A stretch of 59,415 bases of DNA, filler included, from Sphacelaria rigidula (taxonomy: Eukaryota), in the NCBI GenBank assembly GCA_964200075.2. It is 6 parts of 6 records of this genome, joined end to end, with 100 filler letters (N's around TTAATTAATTAA, not from the genome) between each part and the next. Parts side by side here need not be neighbours in the genome. Positions count along the whole stretch, not along the records: positions 1 to 9,820 come from CAXNAA020007691.1; positions 9,921 to 19,740 come from CAXNAA020007692.1; 4 more parts are not named here. One strand, given 5' to 3'. This document shows positions 1 through 12,581 of this stretch, in pieces. Both the position numbers and the translations under genes were made by a program. How positions within the stretch are numbered: position 1 is the first letter of the stretch; each line of letters opens with the position of its first letter. The notes under the pieces were generated by a model. The model saw only the letters and a list, made by a program, of their open reading frames with translations, made no database searches and was not told where the DNA came from.

Positions 1-618
1 TAGTGTTAGTGGGGGCGATGGATGAACCCATCAACAGATACAGGTGAGCAGTGGTGAGCAGTAGACCCAGCTTGTCCAGAACGTGTTTTGTTCCAGAATC
101 GGCTGAAAGGCATCTATTTGAGCTCTGGAAACGCACACTGAGCCGAAGGAGCACTTTGCACCCCCCTCGCCCGAGGTTTCTCAGTATGTCTTCGTCATGG
201 TCAGGGTCAGGGTTAGCGTTCGAGGTATGTAGGAGGCACCTCATTATTCGCGTCAACCATTTTTTCCGACCAGGTGGTAAAGAGGCCTCGAAAAACAAGG
301 CAGAAACACAAACCCAGCCCCGACGGAAACCCATGAAACGAACTCATTATGAACATGGCTGGCCCCTGCAGCATTGCTCCGGGTCAAAAGGCCGGGGGGA
401 AAAGCACACACGCCGACACACAAAACAAGCAAGACAGCTGTGAGAGCAAAGTACGGCTCGGCTATTTCGGAGCCACACTAGATAGGCATGAGCTTTCACC
501 CAACTGCCCTACGGAAGCAAGAAGCAAACACCGCTATATATGAATGCCGAGACTTGAGGAGAGAACAAAAGCAAATGAGAAAGAGCGAGATAATGGAAGG
601 GACATCAGAAAAGAATAA

Positions 619-2773
619 GGGCAATGGCCTGGGAAACGTATACCTTCTCGTCTTTTGCCCAAGAAAGGTACGAAAAATCGCCAGAAACGCGAAAACAGCC
701 AAACACGCCAGTTTGACCGTTTTCGCTCCGAATTATTCACGCACATCATTCGAGGGGGGCAGTGGCACCCGAGCCTCGAAACAAAACGAGGAAAAAAAAC
801 ATGTCACTCGAGGGATATGGCCACTCGAAAACGGACGTTTCGCCTCCAGAAACCGCTTACATTTCGTAGGCCAGATTTCGCCCAGTTATACCTGAGCTAG
901 GAAGCATTTTTCAATCGTACCTCATCTGGGCCACCGACCGACCGAGAACGTACCGGTGCTAGGCCATTGCTCTCTACACTGTGCCTGATGCGGCACATGG
1001 CGCGCAGGGGAGTCTACGCGACAACTTCAACCATGGCACCCACACATTCGGCTCTTTTCCCGCTCATTTGCCGTTCACGGATGCCACAACGACCACGCTC
1101 CTTTCTCCCGGGACATGGTTCCCGAGTCTCTCCGCACCGACACGGTAACTGGACTCACAACTCACAGCGCGTCGGTTTTTTGTGATCCCGAGGGTTGTGG
1201 AGCACCGTACCGTTGCGATCTAGGGGCTGATGTCAGGGTCAATTATGCTCTTCCGTCACCAACGAATGGTTGTCGCATCATCGATGGTTGGTTCAAGCAA
1301 CGGATACAGTATTGCCCATCACGCATATAGAAATGGGAACAGAACAGTAATCGTGTTCAGCACTACAGTACAGAGTAACGTGCGCCCAACGAAAACACTC
1401 GCGGAACACACCAATCAGTTCTGTCGGAACCGTGCATAGTAATCACCAACGGCCAGAGAGAAGCTCGGATTGTGTCCGCCACAGATGTGCAAATGACTGA
1501 AAGCTGCAAAGAAAAACAGGACCACTGTACAGTTTAGTATTTCGTTTGATTAGACCTTGTCAGATCACAGTGCTACATGAATTTGAAGACAGGCACTGAT
1601 TTGCCGATTACCACGATGTGTCGTAGTAGTAGGCTAGTTCACTGGAGTCGGGCTACAAATGTTCGTGGTTGACAAAGTTTTCAAGTATCGCTACCCCTAC
1701 CCCTACCCCCAACCAAGACTTCAACCCAACGCAAACCGAGAACCCTCAGGCAAGGGCGGTACATGGCAGTCCCTCGGCAAAGTGCGGCTTTTCCAGACCC
1801 CAGATCGACTTCTGTGGCGTCGATTTCAACGAAAACGCGTTTTGCGCAAGCGAGGAGCACAGGGGACTGCCAGCCGTACTAAAGATCTAAATCTCGTTGC
1901 ACGCACTCTAATCAAGTAATATCAACCATGGACATTTGTAGCCTAACGCTGGTTAACTCTACTGGCAAAACTCGCGATATATCGTCAGCTAGAACGAGCT
2001 GAAGTAAAGTGAGCATCTCAGGCGGCCCGGCCGCTACTACGTTATAGTAGTAGCGAAGAAGGAGGGAAGAAGATGGGTGTCGCCATGTTCGGGTTAATTG
2101 AACATTTGGAACTACTCCCAAGGACGATTCACGCGGGCTCGGCGGGGTGTGCGTGCGTTCAGCGACTATTGAGGGCGGAGGCTCTCGCTGTCGTGGGTGC
2201 TGGAAAGCACTCGCAAGAGGCTAAACTCGTTTTAAAATAACTTGACCCTGACATCAGCTCCGAGATCGCAACGGTACGGTGTTCCACAACCCCCGGGATC
2301 ACAAAAAACCGACGCGCTGTGAGTTGTGAGTCGTGTGAGCCGAATGTGTGGGCGCCATGGTTGAAGTCGGCGCGTAGACTCCCTTGCGCGCCATGTGCCG
2401 CATCAGGCACAGTGTAGAGAGCGGTGGCCTAGCACAGGTACGTTCTCCGTCGATCGGTGACCCAGATGAGGCACCATTGAAAAATGCTTCCTAGCTCAGG
2501 TACAACTGGGTGAAAAGTGGCCTACAAAAGGTAGGCGGTTTCTCGCGGCGAAACGTCCGTTTTCGCATGGTCATATCTCTCGAGTAACATGTTTTTTTTC
2601 CCGCTTTGTTTCGAGGCTCGGGTGCCACTGCCCCCCCCCCAAATGATGTGCGTTAATGTTTCGGGGCGAAAACGGTCAAAACGACGTGTTTGGCTGTTTT
2701 CGCGTTTCTGGCGACTTTTCGCACCCTTCTTAGGCAAAAAACAAGAAGGTATACGTTTTCCAGGCCACTGTCC
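619..2773. mobile_element. Non-autonomous long-TIR (Mutator/foldback-like) DNA transposon
   Basis: 619-1241 is the diverged reverse complement of 2241-2773 (left arm has ~100 extra bp). Termini GGGCAATGGCC...GGCCACTGTCC; flanks aaagaataa (610-618) and gaagaatta (2774-2782) match 7/9, a candidate 9-bp TSD. No transposase ORF inside. Confidence 0.75.
1632..1962. mobile_element. MITE nested in the long-TIR element
   Basis: Imperfect ~40-bp TIRs (tagttcactggagtcgggctacaaatgttcgtggttga / tcaaccatggacatttgtagcctaacgctggttaactc). It interrupts a sequence that is uninterrupted at ~10060-10230. Boundaries approximate, TSD not resolved. Confidence 0.65.
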
Positions 2774-4414
2774 GAAGAATTAACGGGCGGAAGCTATGGA
2801 AGCCGAGGGAAAAAGTAAACGAGGGTGGAAGACAGGGGTAGAGATCAGTTTCCATGTTAACCCCACCTACCTCCCTTGCTTATCCCCAGTCGGGTGTACG
2901 GTGCTCTCCATGAATAGCGAATGACCACCTCCGGTGTATCGTGGCTCTTATCCGTCTTGTGATTCTGGTACAGCGAGGGATGGAGCGGAAGCTCTCTCTT
3001 TTGGATCAGGAGTACGAGGCTACTACATGCGATTCTCCTTTTGAGAGGGATGAGAGGACATGGGTGCGACATGTGCCCATAATCAACGTTCAATGTGCTG
3101 GAGGAATTCCAAGCAAATCGTCGGTTTTGTGGTGCGGTTCTCCAATTTTGTATCACTACACGGCAATGTTGCCGATTCTGGGAGAAACGCGAGGGTGTGT
3201 CATTCATGCCTAGACTAACACCCGCCGCCCCGAAAACTTGATGAGCCACAAGCTGGTGTGCACAAGCAGCATAAAAAATGCCACGTTATCTGTTTTCAAC
3301 ATCTGCGAGCAGCTCGCATACGCTGCAGCACATCTACTTGATGTTGACAAGACGGACACGTTGCCTTGGCCGTATCCGCGCCGTGAGAAGCTGGTTCGAT
3401 GGAGAAGGACCAACGAAGCTGACTGAACTACATTCGTCTATTCAATCACCAATCGCAATTTCCATTCCACCATCTAAAACGTGGCTACAGGGCACATCGC
3501 TCCCTCCCCCAGTCACAACCGCACGCACACCTCCTAAAACACAGTGAGCGATTGTACGCCAACATCTAATGAAGATGTTCGCAGTGGTCGCGGCAGTGTG
3601 TGCTATTACCGTGCTGTGAGATTGAATTGTGCCGTTGTGGCTTACTGTTGACTCGAGATAGTTCAACATGCAGGGGGGGATTCAACTGTTTAGTTACTCC
3701 ACTTTATAAATGCTTTGGTGTCAAGCGGGGAAATGAAGATGAGCGAATGCCCAGTTGTTAATATTCCAGATCTGGAGAAGGTTGCGCATACCCCGTGGTC
3801 GCGCAAGTTACGAGCAAACGATCCTGCATGTGTCTTGATTGTACAGGCAAAAATCATATAATGCGCACATGACGATGAAATTCCTCTTCATAACCTGAAC
3901 ATGGAGTAACCATGAGATCAATGGAATATTTTTAGCCGAAAATTCAAGTGCTTCGCTTTTTTCCTCGTGGCTTTCACAAGTTACAATGTGAAATTTCAGA
4001 CGCGCATACCCAATCAATTCCAATGTCATGACTGCTTGCTGTTCATTTATTACTCTTGTCTTAAATTTCCTGATGTCCCAAAATGTTTCAACTGTTGTGG
4101 AACATATTGTATCGTGATCGCTTCGTTTAAGAGAGGATTCTTTCCGAAATCTGATATTTTTCATTCTGCATATACCGCAAGGTGTGCGTGAGTTCCAAGT
4201 CATGACTCTTGCACGTCATCGACTACCTACCGTTTATGTGACACTTCCATCATTCCCCTCAGGTGAACCGGCATGAAGTGCTCCACACTGACAAGCATCA
4301 CGCGGCACGATATGAGCAGAAGTGGAAAACTGCACACCCTGGACAATAGACGGCGTCGGTTGCAATGACACACGCCCTGGACACTAGACGGCATCTATTG
4401 CAACAGCAGTAGAA

Positions 4415-7400
4415 TCTGCCGCAGTAGATGCCAATGTTCTCGTTTGTTATGGCCATCGATCGACAAGTTTCTCTTTCTCTTGTCGTTGGCAGTGTCTATT
4501 GATAGACCCTTTTCCCACACGATTGCCCGGGCAGCAGTCTATTGTGGCCCTACACCTCAAGCTATTGCCTCCAACCGAATATATCGATCAATAGCTACCC
4601 AAATCCATTGACGAAGGAAATAGCTATCGATGGACTGTGCGTCATATTTATTGATGACGGCGATGGCTATTGATAGATTGTGTACCACATCTGTCGATGA
4701 CGGTAATCGCTATTGATGGATCGCGTACAAAATCTAGTTATGGCGGCAATGGCTATCGATGGATACTTACCTGAATCTAGTGTGGAATACGATGCCTACC
4801 GACGGATACTCTGTCGTCTGTTTCCAAACTTACATTCCAACATGGTATGTATAAAGCATACTATACTCTATTCAAGTACGGTAGAGAAGCCACTGGTGAA
4901 CATGCAGTGGGTATATATACTTGTATTACTTTAAAAAATATGACGCCACGATTCTGAACATCTGGGAAGGTTGTATGTTGCATAATGATGGGAATTCGCA
5001 TTATGTGTCACCAAACGTTTGCGAGATTGGTGGTGTGGTGTTGGCACTCATGGTTGTCTCTCTTATGGACATGAGTGTTCATAGTACTCCTGTGCGTGGG
5101 TGAATTGTGCTTATACCCTGGGCAATAGACTATGTAAGAGAACACTGCCGCCGCAATAGCCCCGAAAAAATGTTTTTCCATGTTCATTTTTAGTAATAAT
5201 CGACGGTCATCACTGTCTATCGGTAGCTGTTGTAGGCGACAACAGATTCGGGACTAGGGACAGAATGTATCATTGCTGTGATAATGGAGTGGCCAAGTTG
5301 TCTATCGATAGACTGATGCCACTTGTTGCAATAGGCTCTGAAATGCGGCCACTACTGTCTCCTACAAACCACAGGATCTACAACGCGGCCACCGATACAT
5401 TTTGTTGGCCATAAGACTATCTAAATGACGCCCACCAACAACGTCTATTGCTGGTCACAATAGCATCTCAAGCTTGGCCACCAATGCCTATCGCTGGTCA
5501 CAATGCGATCTGAATCGCGGCCACCAATGTCTATTGCTGGTCACAATAGGAGCTGAATGGCGTCGATCAATAGCTATGTATGAACATTTTTCGGTGGATG
5601 TTTCCAATATATTCCACACAGACAGTTGCATGTTCATGGGTGAGGGATATTGCCGTTGATGCCACAAGACAACAGCAGTGAGTAATATATACATCAAACC
5701 CTATCGTTTGCGTCACTGGCTATCGATAGATGCTCCCTAGAACAATCAATTGTTGACGGCAATGATTACTGATAAATACCTCAAAATCCATTGTTGGCGG
5801 CAGAGACTTTACCGATAGACTGCTCACCGAGTGTAATGATGACGGCAAAAGGCTACCGATAGACCGCTTACCAAATCTATTGATGAAGGCTTTTGCTATC
5901 GAAAGACGGCTCACCAAATCTACTGATTACGGCAATGGCTCATCAATATATGCATATCGGAATCTATTGCGGTATACGGCGTCCATCGATGGCCGGTAAT
6001 CTTAATCTAGTGTAAATGCCATAGACTATTTTGATCAACTCTAGCAACACCCATCGTCTCTTGCAATGCATATCAATATATGTGCGTCACCACCTGCCGT
6101 GTTCGGCAATTTATGTGGATAGTTTCTCCAGCGTCTACTACTGAAGCAATAGACTCTTATTGTGTCCGTTGTCCAGAGTGTGCGATGGCAACATAACCTG
6201 CCGCAATAGACGCCAAAATTGTCGTCGGTAATGACTATCGGTCAATAGGTTTCTCTTGTCTATCATCTATCGATAGACCCCTTTCTCACACTATTGCTCG
6301 GGCAGCAGTCCATTGTGACCCTGCATCGAAAGCTACTGCCTCAGACCGAATAAATCGATTTATAGCTTTCAAAATAAATGGATGACGGCAATGACTACCG
6401 GTAGACTGTGCCAAATCGATTGACGACGACAACGGCTATTGATAGATTATGTACCATATTTGTTGATGACGGCAACAGCTCTTGATTGACTGTATACGAA
6501 AACTATTAAAATCGGCAACGGTTATCGATAAGTTGCCTACAAAATATGTTGACGATGGTGAAGGAAATCGACAGATACATACCAGAATGTACTGTGGTAC
6601 ACGATGTCTACCGATAGGTATCCTCTGCCGTCTATTGCCACACCTACAACGCAGCGTAGTACTGAATAAAGTATATACTCTATTGAAGCACGGTGAGAGA
6701 GATCGCAATTGAATACGCGGTGGGTATATGATGATATTACTTGTGAAATATGACGTCACAACTCGACGATTTCGCAACGGTTGTATGTTGCAGGAGTCCG
6801 CGACAGGTGGGGATGAAAGTTTACGGTTTTTCTTCTGAGTGTGGTGTTGTTACTCACGGTTCTTCCTCTCATGGACAAGAACGCTCAGAGTACTCCCGTG
6901 TGTTGGTGAGATGTGCTTTAATCCTGGACAACGGCCTGTTGTAATGGAACATTGCTGCCATAATAACCCCGAAAATATGACTGTCAATGCCCATGGTCAG
7001 CCACAATCGACGGGCATCACTGTCTATCGATAGCTCTTGTAGGCAACAATAGATGCGCGACAAGGGACAGAAAGTATCGTTGCCACGACAGTAGAGCGGC
7101 CAAGTCTCGATACGTGCTTTTTCTTGCACTAGGGTTTGAACAGCGGCCCCCAAAGTTTATTGCCCATCACAGTAGGATCTGCATGCGGCCACTAATGCAT
7201 ATTGCTGGTCACAATAAAATCGGAATTGTGACCACCAATACATATTACTGACCACGACAGGATCTGAATTGCGCCCACCAACGTCTACCGCTGGTCACAA
7301 TACGATCCGAACAGCTGCCACCGACATATTGCTGGCCACAATAGGAGTTGAATGTTGTCGATCAGTAGCTATTGATACACATTTTTCCGTGGATGTTTCC

Positions 7401-7795
7401 ATCCACCTCAAGAGCTATTGCCAGCTACCGCATCAGGTGATTACGTGTCAGTGTGTTGAGATTAGTGCCGTTGATGCCGTAAGACCACTGCGGAGAGCAA
7501 TGCATATCAATTTGAAACCCACCGTTGGCGCCATGGGGTATCGATGTATGCTGCCTTATGTGTTCATTATTGACGGCAATGGCTACCGATCAACATTCCC
7601 AAGTCTACTCTGGGTAGCGAAGGTTATCGATAGATGGCTCACCAAATGTACTGATGGCGGCAACGGCTATCGATAAATAGCTTACTAATCTATCGATCAC
7701 GGCCATGACTATCCCAGAACCTGTTGCGGTATACAATGTCCATTGATGGCCAGTGATCGCGATCTATTGTAACTGTACTAGGCTATTGATGGACG
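4415..7795. repeat. Higher-order tandem repeat: two ~1.78-kb units built from 42-43-bp subrepeats
   Basis: 4415-6198 aligns by eye with 6199-7795 (e.g. gatagaccc..cacac.attgc.cgggcagcagtc at ~4500 and ~6272). Internal arrays of aatctattgatgacggcaatggctatcgatag-like units and of ggccaccaatgtctattgctggtcacaatagga-like units. Confidence 0.8.
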
Positions 7796-8094
7796 CTTGC
7801 ATGCTCGTTCGTCGCCTGCAATATATATATATATATATTGTATTTCACCATCTGTTGCGTTCGACAATATATATATATATATACACGGATATCAAAGATC
7901 TTCGGGGTGCACGAGGGCGCAGCGATTATCGTAAGGGGGCGTTCACGCGATTTATGCTGGAAATAGTGTGCAAGTTCCTCCGCGCCCGCGTCGGGGGATG
8001 ACTGTCCGGGCGAATACCAATGCTAGGGGCCCGGTGTGCGGATTCGTGCTGCTTTGTGTATGGGTGTACAACCTGCGTTCGCGACCGCTCGCTT

Positions 8095-8982
8095 CAGCAT
8101 TTCGGTGTGCGCTGAATATACGAATGAGAGGCACTCACGATGTGATGAATTCGGCTGAGCAGATACGGGCTAGAATGCTGCCTGCGCATCCCCGCGGAAA
8201 AACTGGTAAGTTCCTCCTGCCTGCTAGGGGTCCAACGCGCCGATTCGTTGCGCGTTACTGCCCGTGCCCTCCCTCAACCGCCCGCTTCATCATTCCAATG
8301 TGCGCTGATCCGAGGGCAAACTCTAGAGATGAACTCCTTCCCCACGCCCCCGAATTTGAGTTCAAGTCTATTTCTTCACAACGCGTCCATCACACCGTAC
8401 AGTGTATGCCACTATCACCAATGGAATAGAGCGGGTGTCCGCGTGGGGGGACGCTAAAATAGAGCGGATATCCGCGTGAGGAAACGGGCCCTGTAAGCCG
8501 AGGACGGTACGGTACGGTACGGTGATGGTTTGCACAGCACAACTCTGAGTACAGTAAAACATCCGGGCAGAACTCGTTTCGTGTTTCTCGTTGGTGGTGC
8601 AGTGTGTTGAGGTGAGCTTGAACCTTGGCAAATCCGTTTTGTTTCCCGTCAGGTGATGCCCTATATCAACCACATGGCAAAAACATCAGAGACGGTTTAC
8701 GTCGGCGGGGACGCGAACGGGAAAATGTGCGAACACCATCGCAGCTGACCCGCTCCCTTCGTCATTTCGGTGTGCGCTGAATATATGAGTTAGCTGAGCA
8801 GATACGCACACAAGATAGGGATTCATTCGGCTGAGAGCAGATACGCGCTGAAATGCTGCCCGCGCGTCCCCGCGGTAAAACCAGAAAATTCCTAGCGCGA
8901 GGGGTCCAACACGTGGATTCGTTGCGCGTTGCTGCCCTTACACTCGCTGGACTCCTCGCTTCATTATTTCAATATGCGCTGA
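8095..8982 (+). repeat. Direct repeat pair (~215 bp) at ~8095-8310 and ~8762-8982
   Basis: Both copies share catttcggtgtgcgctgaatata...ttcggctgag..cagatacg...ccccgcgg...ggggtccaac...gattcgttgcgcgtt...tgcgctga. Confidence 0.7.
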
Positions 8983-9204
8983 CTGACAGAAGGGACACGC
9001 AGTGAAAAGCTGCCCTCACGTTCCCGCGGAAAAAACTGAAAATTCCGCGAGGCTGTTTCAGCATCGCTTAACCGATTATTATTGAACAGAACATGTATCA
9101 GATCTTATATTCACGTATAGAGCGGGTGCACCTAAATTTAAAGCGACGGCGCATGTTGCGATTATGTAAGCTTGAGAGGGCACTTCTTTATTGCTATCTA
9201 CCAC

Positions 9205-9455
9205 AGGCACCGTAGGTAAGGTAGGTACCCGGTATCGGTATTTGGGACATCTCATACCCTACCGATACCGACCCAATCCGGTATTTTCGAATGCCATACC
9301 TACGATACCTGCGATACCAGAGTATTTCAAGATACCAGTGCTACCCGCCCAATCCGGTATTTTGAAATGTCATACCTACGATACCTACGATACCACGGTA
9401 TGGGATACCCCGGTAAATACCGGGGGTACCCCCGGTATTTACCGATCGCGATACA
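9205..9455. repeat. MITE-like repeat rich in GATACC/GGTATC motifs with a perfect 34-bp palindrome
   Basis: Many gatacc/ggtatc motifs in both orientations; cggtaaataccgggggtacccccggtatttaccg (9411-9444) is its own reverse complement. Confidence 0.55.
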
Positions 9456-9820
9456 CTTCCCACGATGCAACAGCTGGTGCCAATGCACGCTGAGGCCAGG
9501 AGCTGTCGGAGCAGGCACATCTTGTTTTCACAAGTAGTTAATACCCAGATTCCCCCTGATTTTCGTGTTTGAATCAATTCGAATGACTATTCCAATGTTG
9601 TCTGATGTTTTTGGTGTGTGGGTATAAATATTAGATAATCATTTGGAGATATAAATTGTTCCATGTCGGAGATGAGCGTCATACGCAATAATATTCCACG
9701 TGCAAGCAAACAAGGAGAAAAAGAACGGAAATGAGGGGGGGGGGGGGGGGGGGGGGGGGTGGGGGGGGGGGCTTGAATATACAAAGAGGGGGGGGGGGGA
9801 ACGAAGGGTGGAAATGGATA

Positions 9821-9920
9821 NNNNNNNNNNNNNNNNNNNNNNNNNNNNNNNNNNNNNNNNNNNNTTAATTAATTAANNNNNNNNNNNNNNNNNNNNNNNN
9901 NNNNNNNNNNNNNNNNNNNN
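9821..9920. other. Artificial contig linker (N44-TTAATTAATTAA-N44)
   Basis: The same 100-nt spacer with an all-frame stop core recurs at 19741-19840, 29661-29760, 39580-39679 and 49498-49597. Confidence 0.97.
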
Positions 9921-10344
9921 ACAACCACAACTAGTGCAACACAATCACTTGCGGCCGCAGCACAACCGACTGTAACCGTAAATGCGATTTCAGCCGTTTT
10001 TTTTCTCCTGATTCCGCCGCACATGCCACCCTCAACTCTCTACTCTTCGCAGCTGACTGCAGTTTGGTATTTCGTTTGATGGAAACTTCTCAGATCGTAG
10101 TGCTACGTGAAGTGAAAGATGCGCGTTGATTTGCAGATTACCACGATGTGTCACAGTAGGGACAACTCGCGATGGATCGTCAGTTAGAACCGGCTGAAGG
10201 AAAGTCCGCTTCTCAGGCGGCCCAGCCTGTACCCAATAGTCGCACACATTTTATCATACTGCCCGCCATGGGCAGCTGAAGAGCGTGATATAGCCGGATT
10301 GGTGTGTAAGGCCATAGTGCTAGCGCAAAGTTATGAATCTCGAG

Positions 10345-11705
10345 CCCAATTTTTACCTAATCTCTGCATCCTTTAAATCATTGTAACCATCATCGGCTCG
10401 GAAATCTGATGATAAAAACATATTTCAAAACGGTTACTACGGGGGTCGTATTATACCCGAAACAGTGATGTTTCGGTCATGTCGGGTGTTGGCGTCGTCT
10501 AATTTCTACTAATGATGCGCACTGAAAGACCCGGGGAGCCTCGTGACAGTGTCCCGTATATCTGTTGTAGAGCTCAGATTGCTTTCAAACTCGGCACTTC
10601 CGTAGGTATTGATGCTCAAAATGGAAAAAAAAGGTATTCTTGACAATGTATCATGGTTTCTCCGTTATCTACCGGCTTCCGCGAGTCCCAGTATGAAGAC
10701 CCCCGGAGGGCGGTACAGAATGCCCCAAAAGAAAAATAATGGAATAATGCGTCCTGGGATAGTCTAAGGAACACATGTACGAAGTTTGGAGGAGAAACTC
10801 CAAAACCTCGTACAGTTTTTCTTGCATTGACGTCAAATTCACCCAAAAATACGTTCAGATACTAAAACCAAGTAGCTAGGAGTTACACGTTTCAAGCTAA
10901 CGTCCTCCACAGACGCGCAAACCTTCACGCTGTTATTAGTACTTAGATCCTGAACTTTTGCAAAAGTATGCAGTATCATTACGCAACTTTCTACGGATGA
11001 GTTTTTTTTTCACTTTTGGAGTTTTTCACCGTTTTTCGGGGGTCCGACAAGGCCCAAGTCATTTCTTAAAATAGTCTCCATTCTGGGACCCCAAAAAACC
11101 GGCACTACGATATTTTTTCGCGCACGATTTGTCGCTGCATAACCCGAGGGAGGGTCCCACAAAATTTCGTGGCAAAACTGGATCAACGGATGCTTAAATG
11201 TTCGTGTTCAGGTCAAAGAAGGCCCAAAAACCCCGTTAATAGTGTGCGGTTTTACCAGCACAAAAGCGAAAAACCTCACGCCGTTTCAAGAAGTTGGACC
11301 CTGAACTTTTGCACAGCCGTTCTATGGGTGATTACGTAACTTTGGACGAACGAAAATTTTCCCCCCGTTTTACGGGGGTCCGATTGGATCCATGTTTTCC
11401 CGAAAACTGGGACCCCCGACAACGGTGGGAAAATTCTAAAAGTAAGAAAAATCTCGTTCTTCGAAAGTTGCGTAATGGCCCATACATAACATCTGTGCAA
11501 AAATTCAGGGTCTAACTCCTTGAAACGGCGTGAGGTTTCGCCGATGAGTGTTTTTTGGGTGATGGGCGTGAGCCAGCTCGTACCACGGTTTGGGGTATAA
11601 TTCGATCCCATAGTAACAGTTTTCACTTATGTTTTTCCCGTTAGATTCCTGAGCTGATGGCGGATACTGCGATTTGAAGCATGTTGAGAGTGTGAAATAA
11701 TTGGG
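10345..11705. mobile_element. Foldback-like element with ~125-bp terminal inverted repeats and an internal 276-bp hairpin
   Basis: 10345-10470 is the diverged reverse complement of 11582-11705. Internal inverted repeat 11266-11541 (gcgaaaaacctcacgccgtttcaag...cttgaaacggcgtgaggtttcgc). A further diverged arm copy lies at ~10915-11100. Confidence 0.6.
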
Positions 11706-11817
11706 TAACAAATGTGTACATATTTATATATATATATTGCTGCCACGATATCCCCAGCTCGCACACATACCCAACGTGTGTTCCCGAAGACCCGAAAAAG
11801 TGCGGTATACGACGTAC

Positions 11818-11990
11818 AAAGGGACTGCTGAATCCCTCTAGCGATAAAAAATAAAGGCAAGCACCGCAGAAGAAAGGTGAGGTACATTTTTTTTTTTCCA
11901 GTGTTGACCTTCCTCCTGTGTGACCCCTGCTGGTGCGCCCACATATAGGTGTAGACCGGTGTCCCGAACAGATGAGACGATAACACACAC
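11818..11990 (-). repeat. Dispersed interspersed repeat fragment (retroposon-like)
   Basis: Minus strand ...gcaccagcaggggtcacacaggaggaaggtcaac...ttcttctgcggtgcttgccttt...ggattcagcagtccc resembles, from memory and unverified, an abundant brown-algal repeat. Single copy in this window. Confidence 0.35.
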
Positions 11991-12581
11991 AACTATCGAC
12001 ATGTATCGAAAACTCACCGACCTGACTATATGAAGGATACTAGACCGCGTCTTATAGAGACAAAAACAGAAAAGGGGAACGAAAAAAGCGTCCGAAAGCA
12101 GCACATCTTGATTGGTCGCGCTGGGCGGTCCATGATTTGCAGCGACTAATCGACATGCCGCTTTTAAACGCTAGTATCGGTCTGGTGAGACACAGCCTTA
12201 TTGGATACAAGCAGAGGACACTCGCACAAGTTGCAGTGGCAGAAGTGCCGCAGAATAAAACAGAAACTACGGGTAGGTCAGAAGCAATCTTGCGATGCTG
12301 GAGACACACCGTGTAACCCAGATCCTTTTATATCTCCAACGCTCGAAATTTGCGGTGCCCAGAACTCGATAGACCAAGGAAAACACCCTATGGATCAGTA
12401 GACATGGAACCGCGTAGCTCTGTGAGGATAGGGATAACGACCAAATTGTAAACCGCTGTTTGCTTTTTCCCCATCCTTGGTCCTCGTACTGTGTAATCCC
12501 TGACACCTATTGCGAGGCACTCCCTCTCCCGTGATTTCATGTGCACCATCATACTCGTGGTCTTCCCGGCGTCTCCCTCAC

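Noticed and set aside
4590-6030. CRISPR-like array interpretation of the 42-43-bp repeats
   Set aside because: Units are degenerate along their whole length with no constant repeat and unique spacer alternation; eukaryotic context and no cas genes.
9865-9876. TTAATTAATTAA recurring about every 9.92 kb as a possible biological periodic motif
   Set aside because: Always centred in a 100-nt N spacer; an artificial assembly linker.
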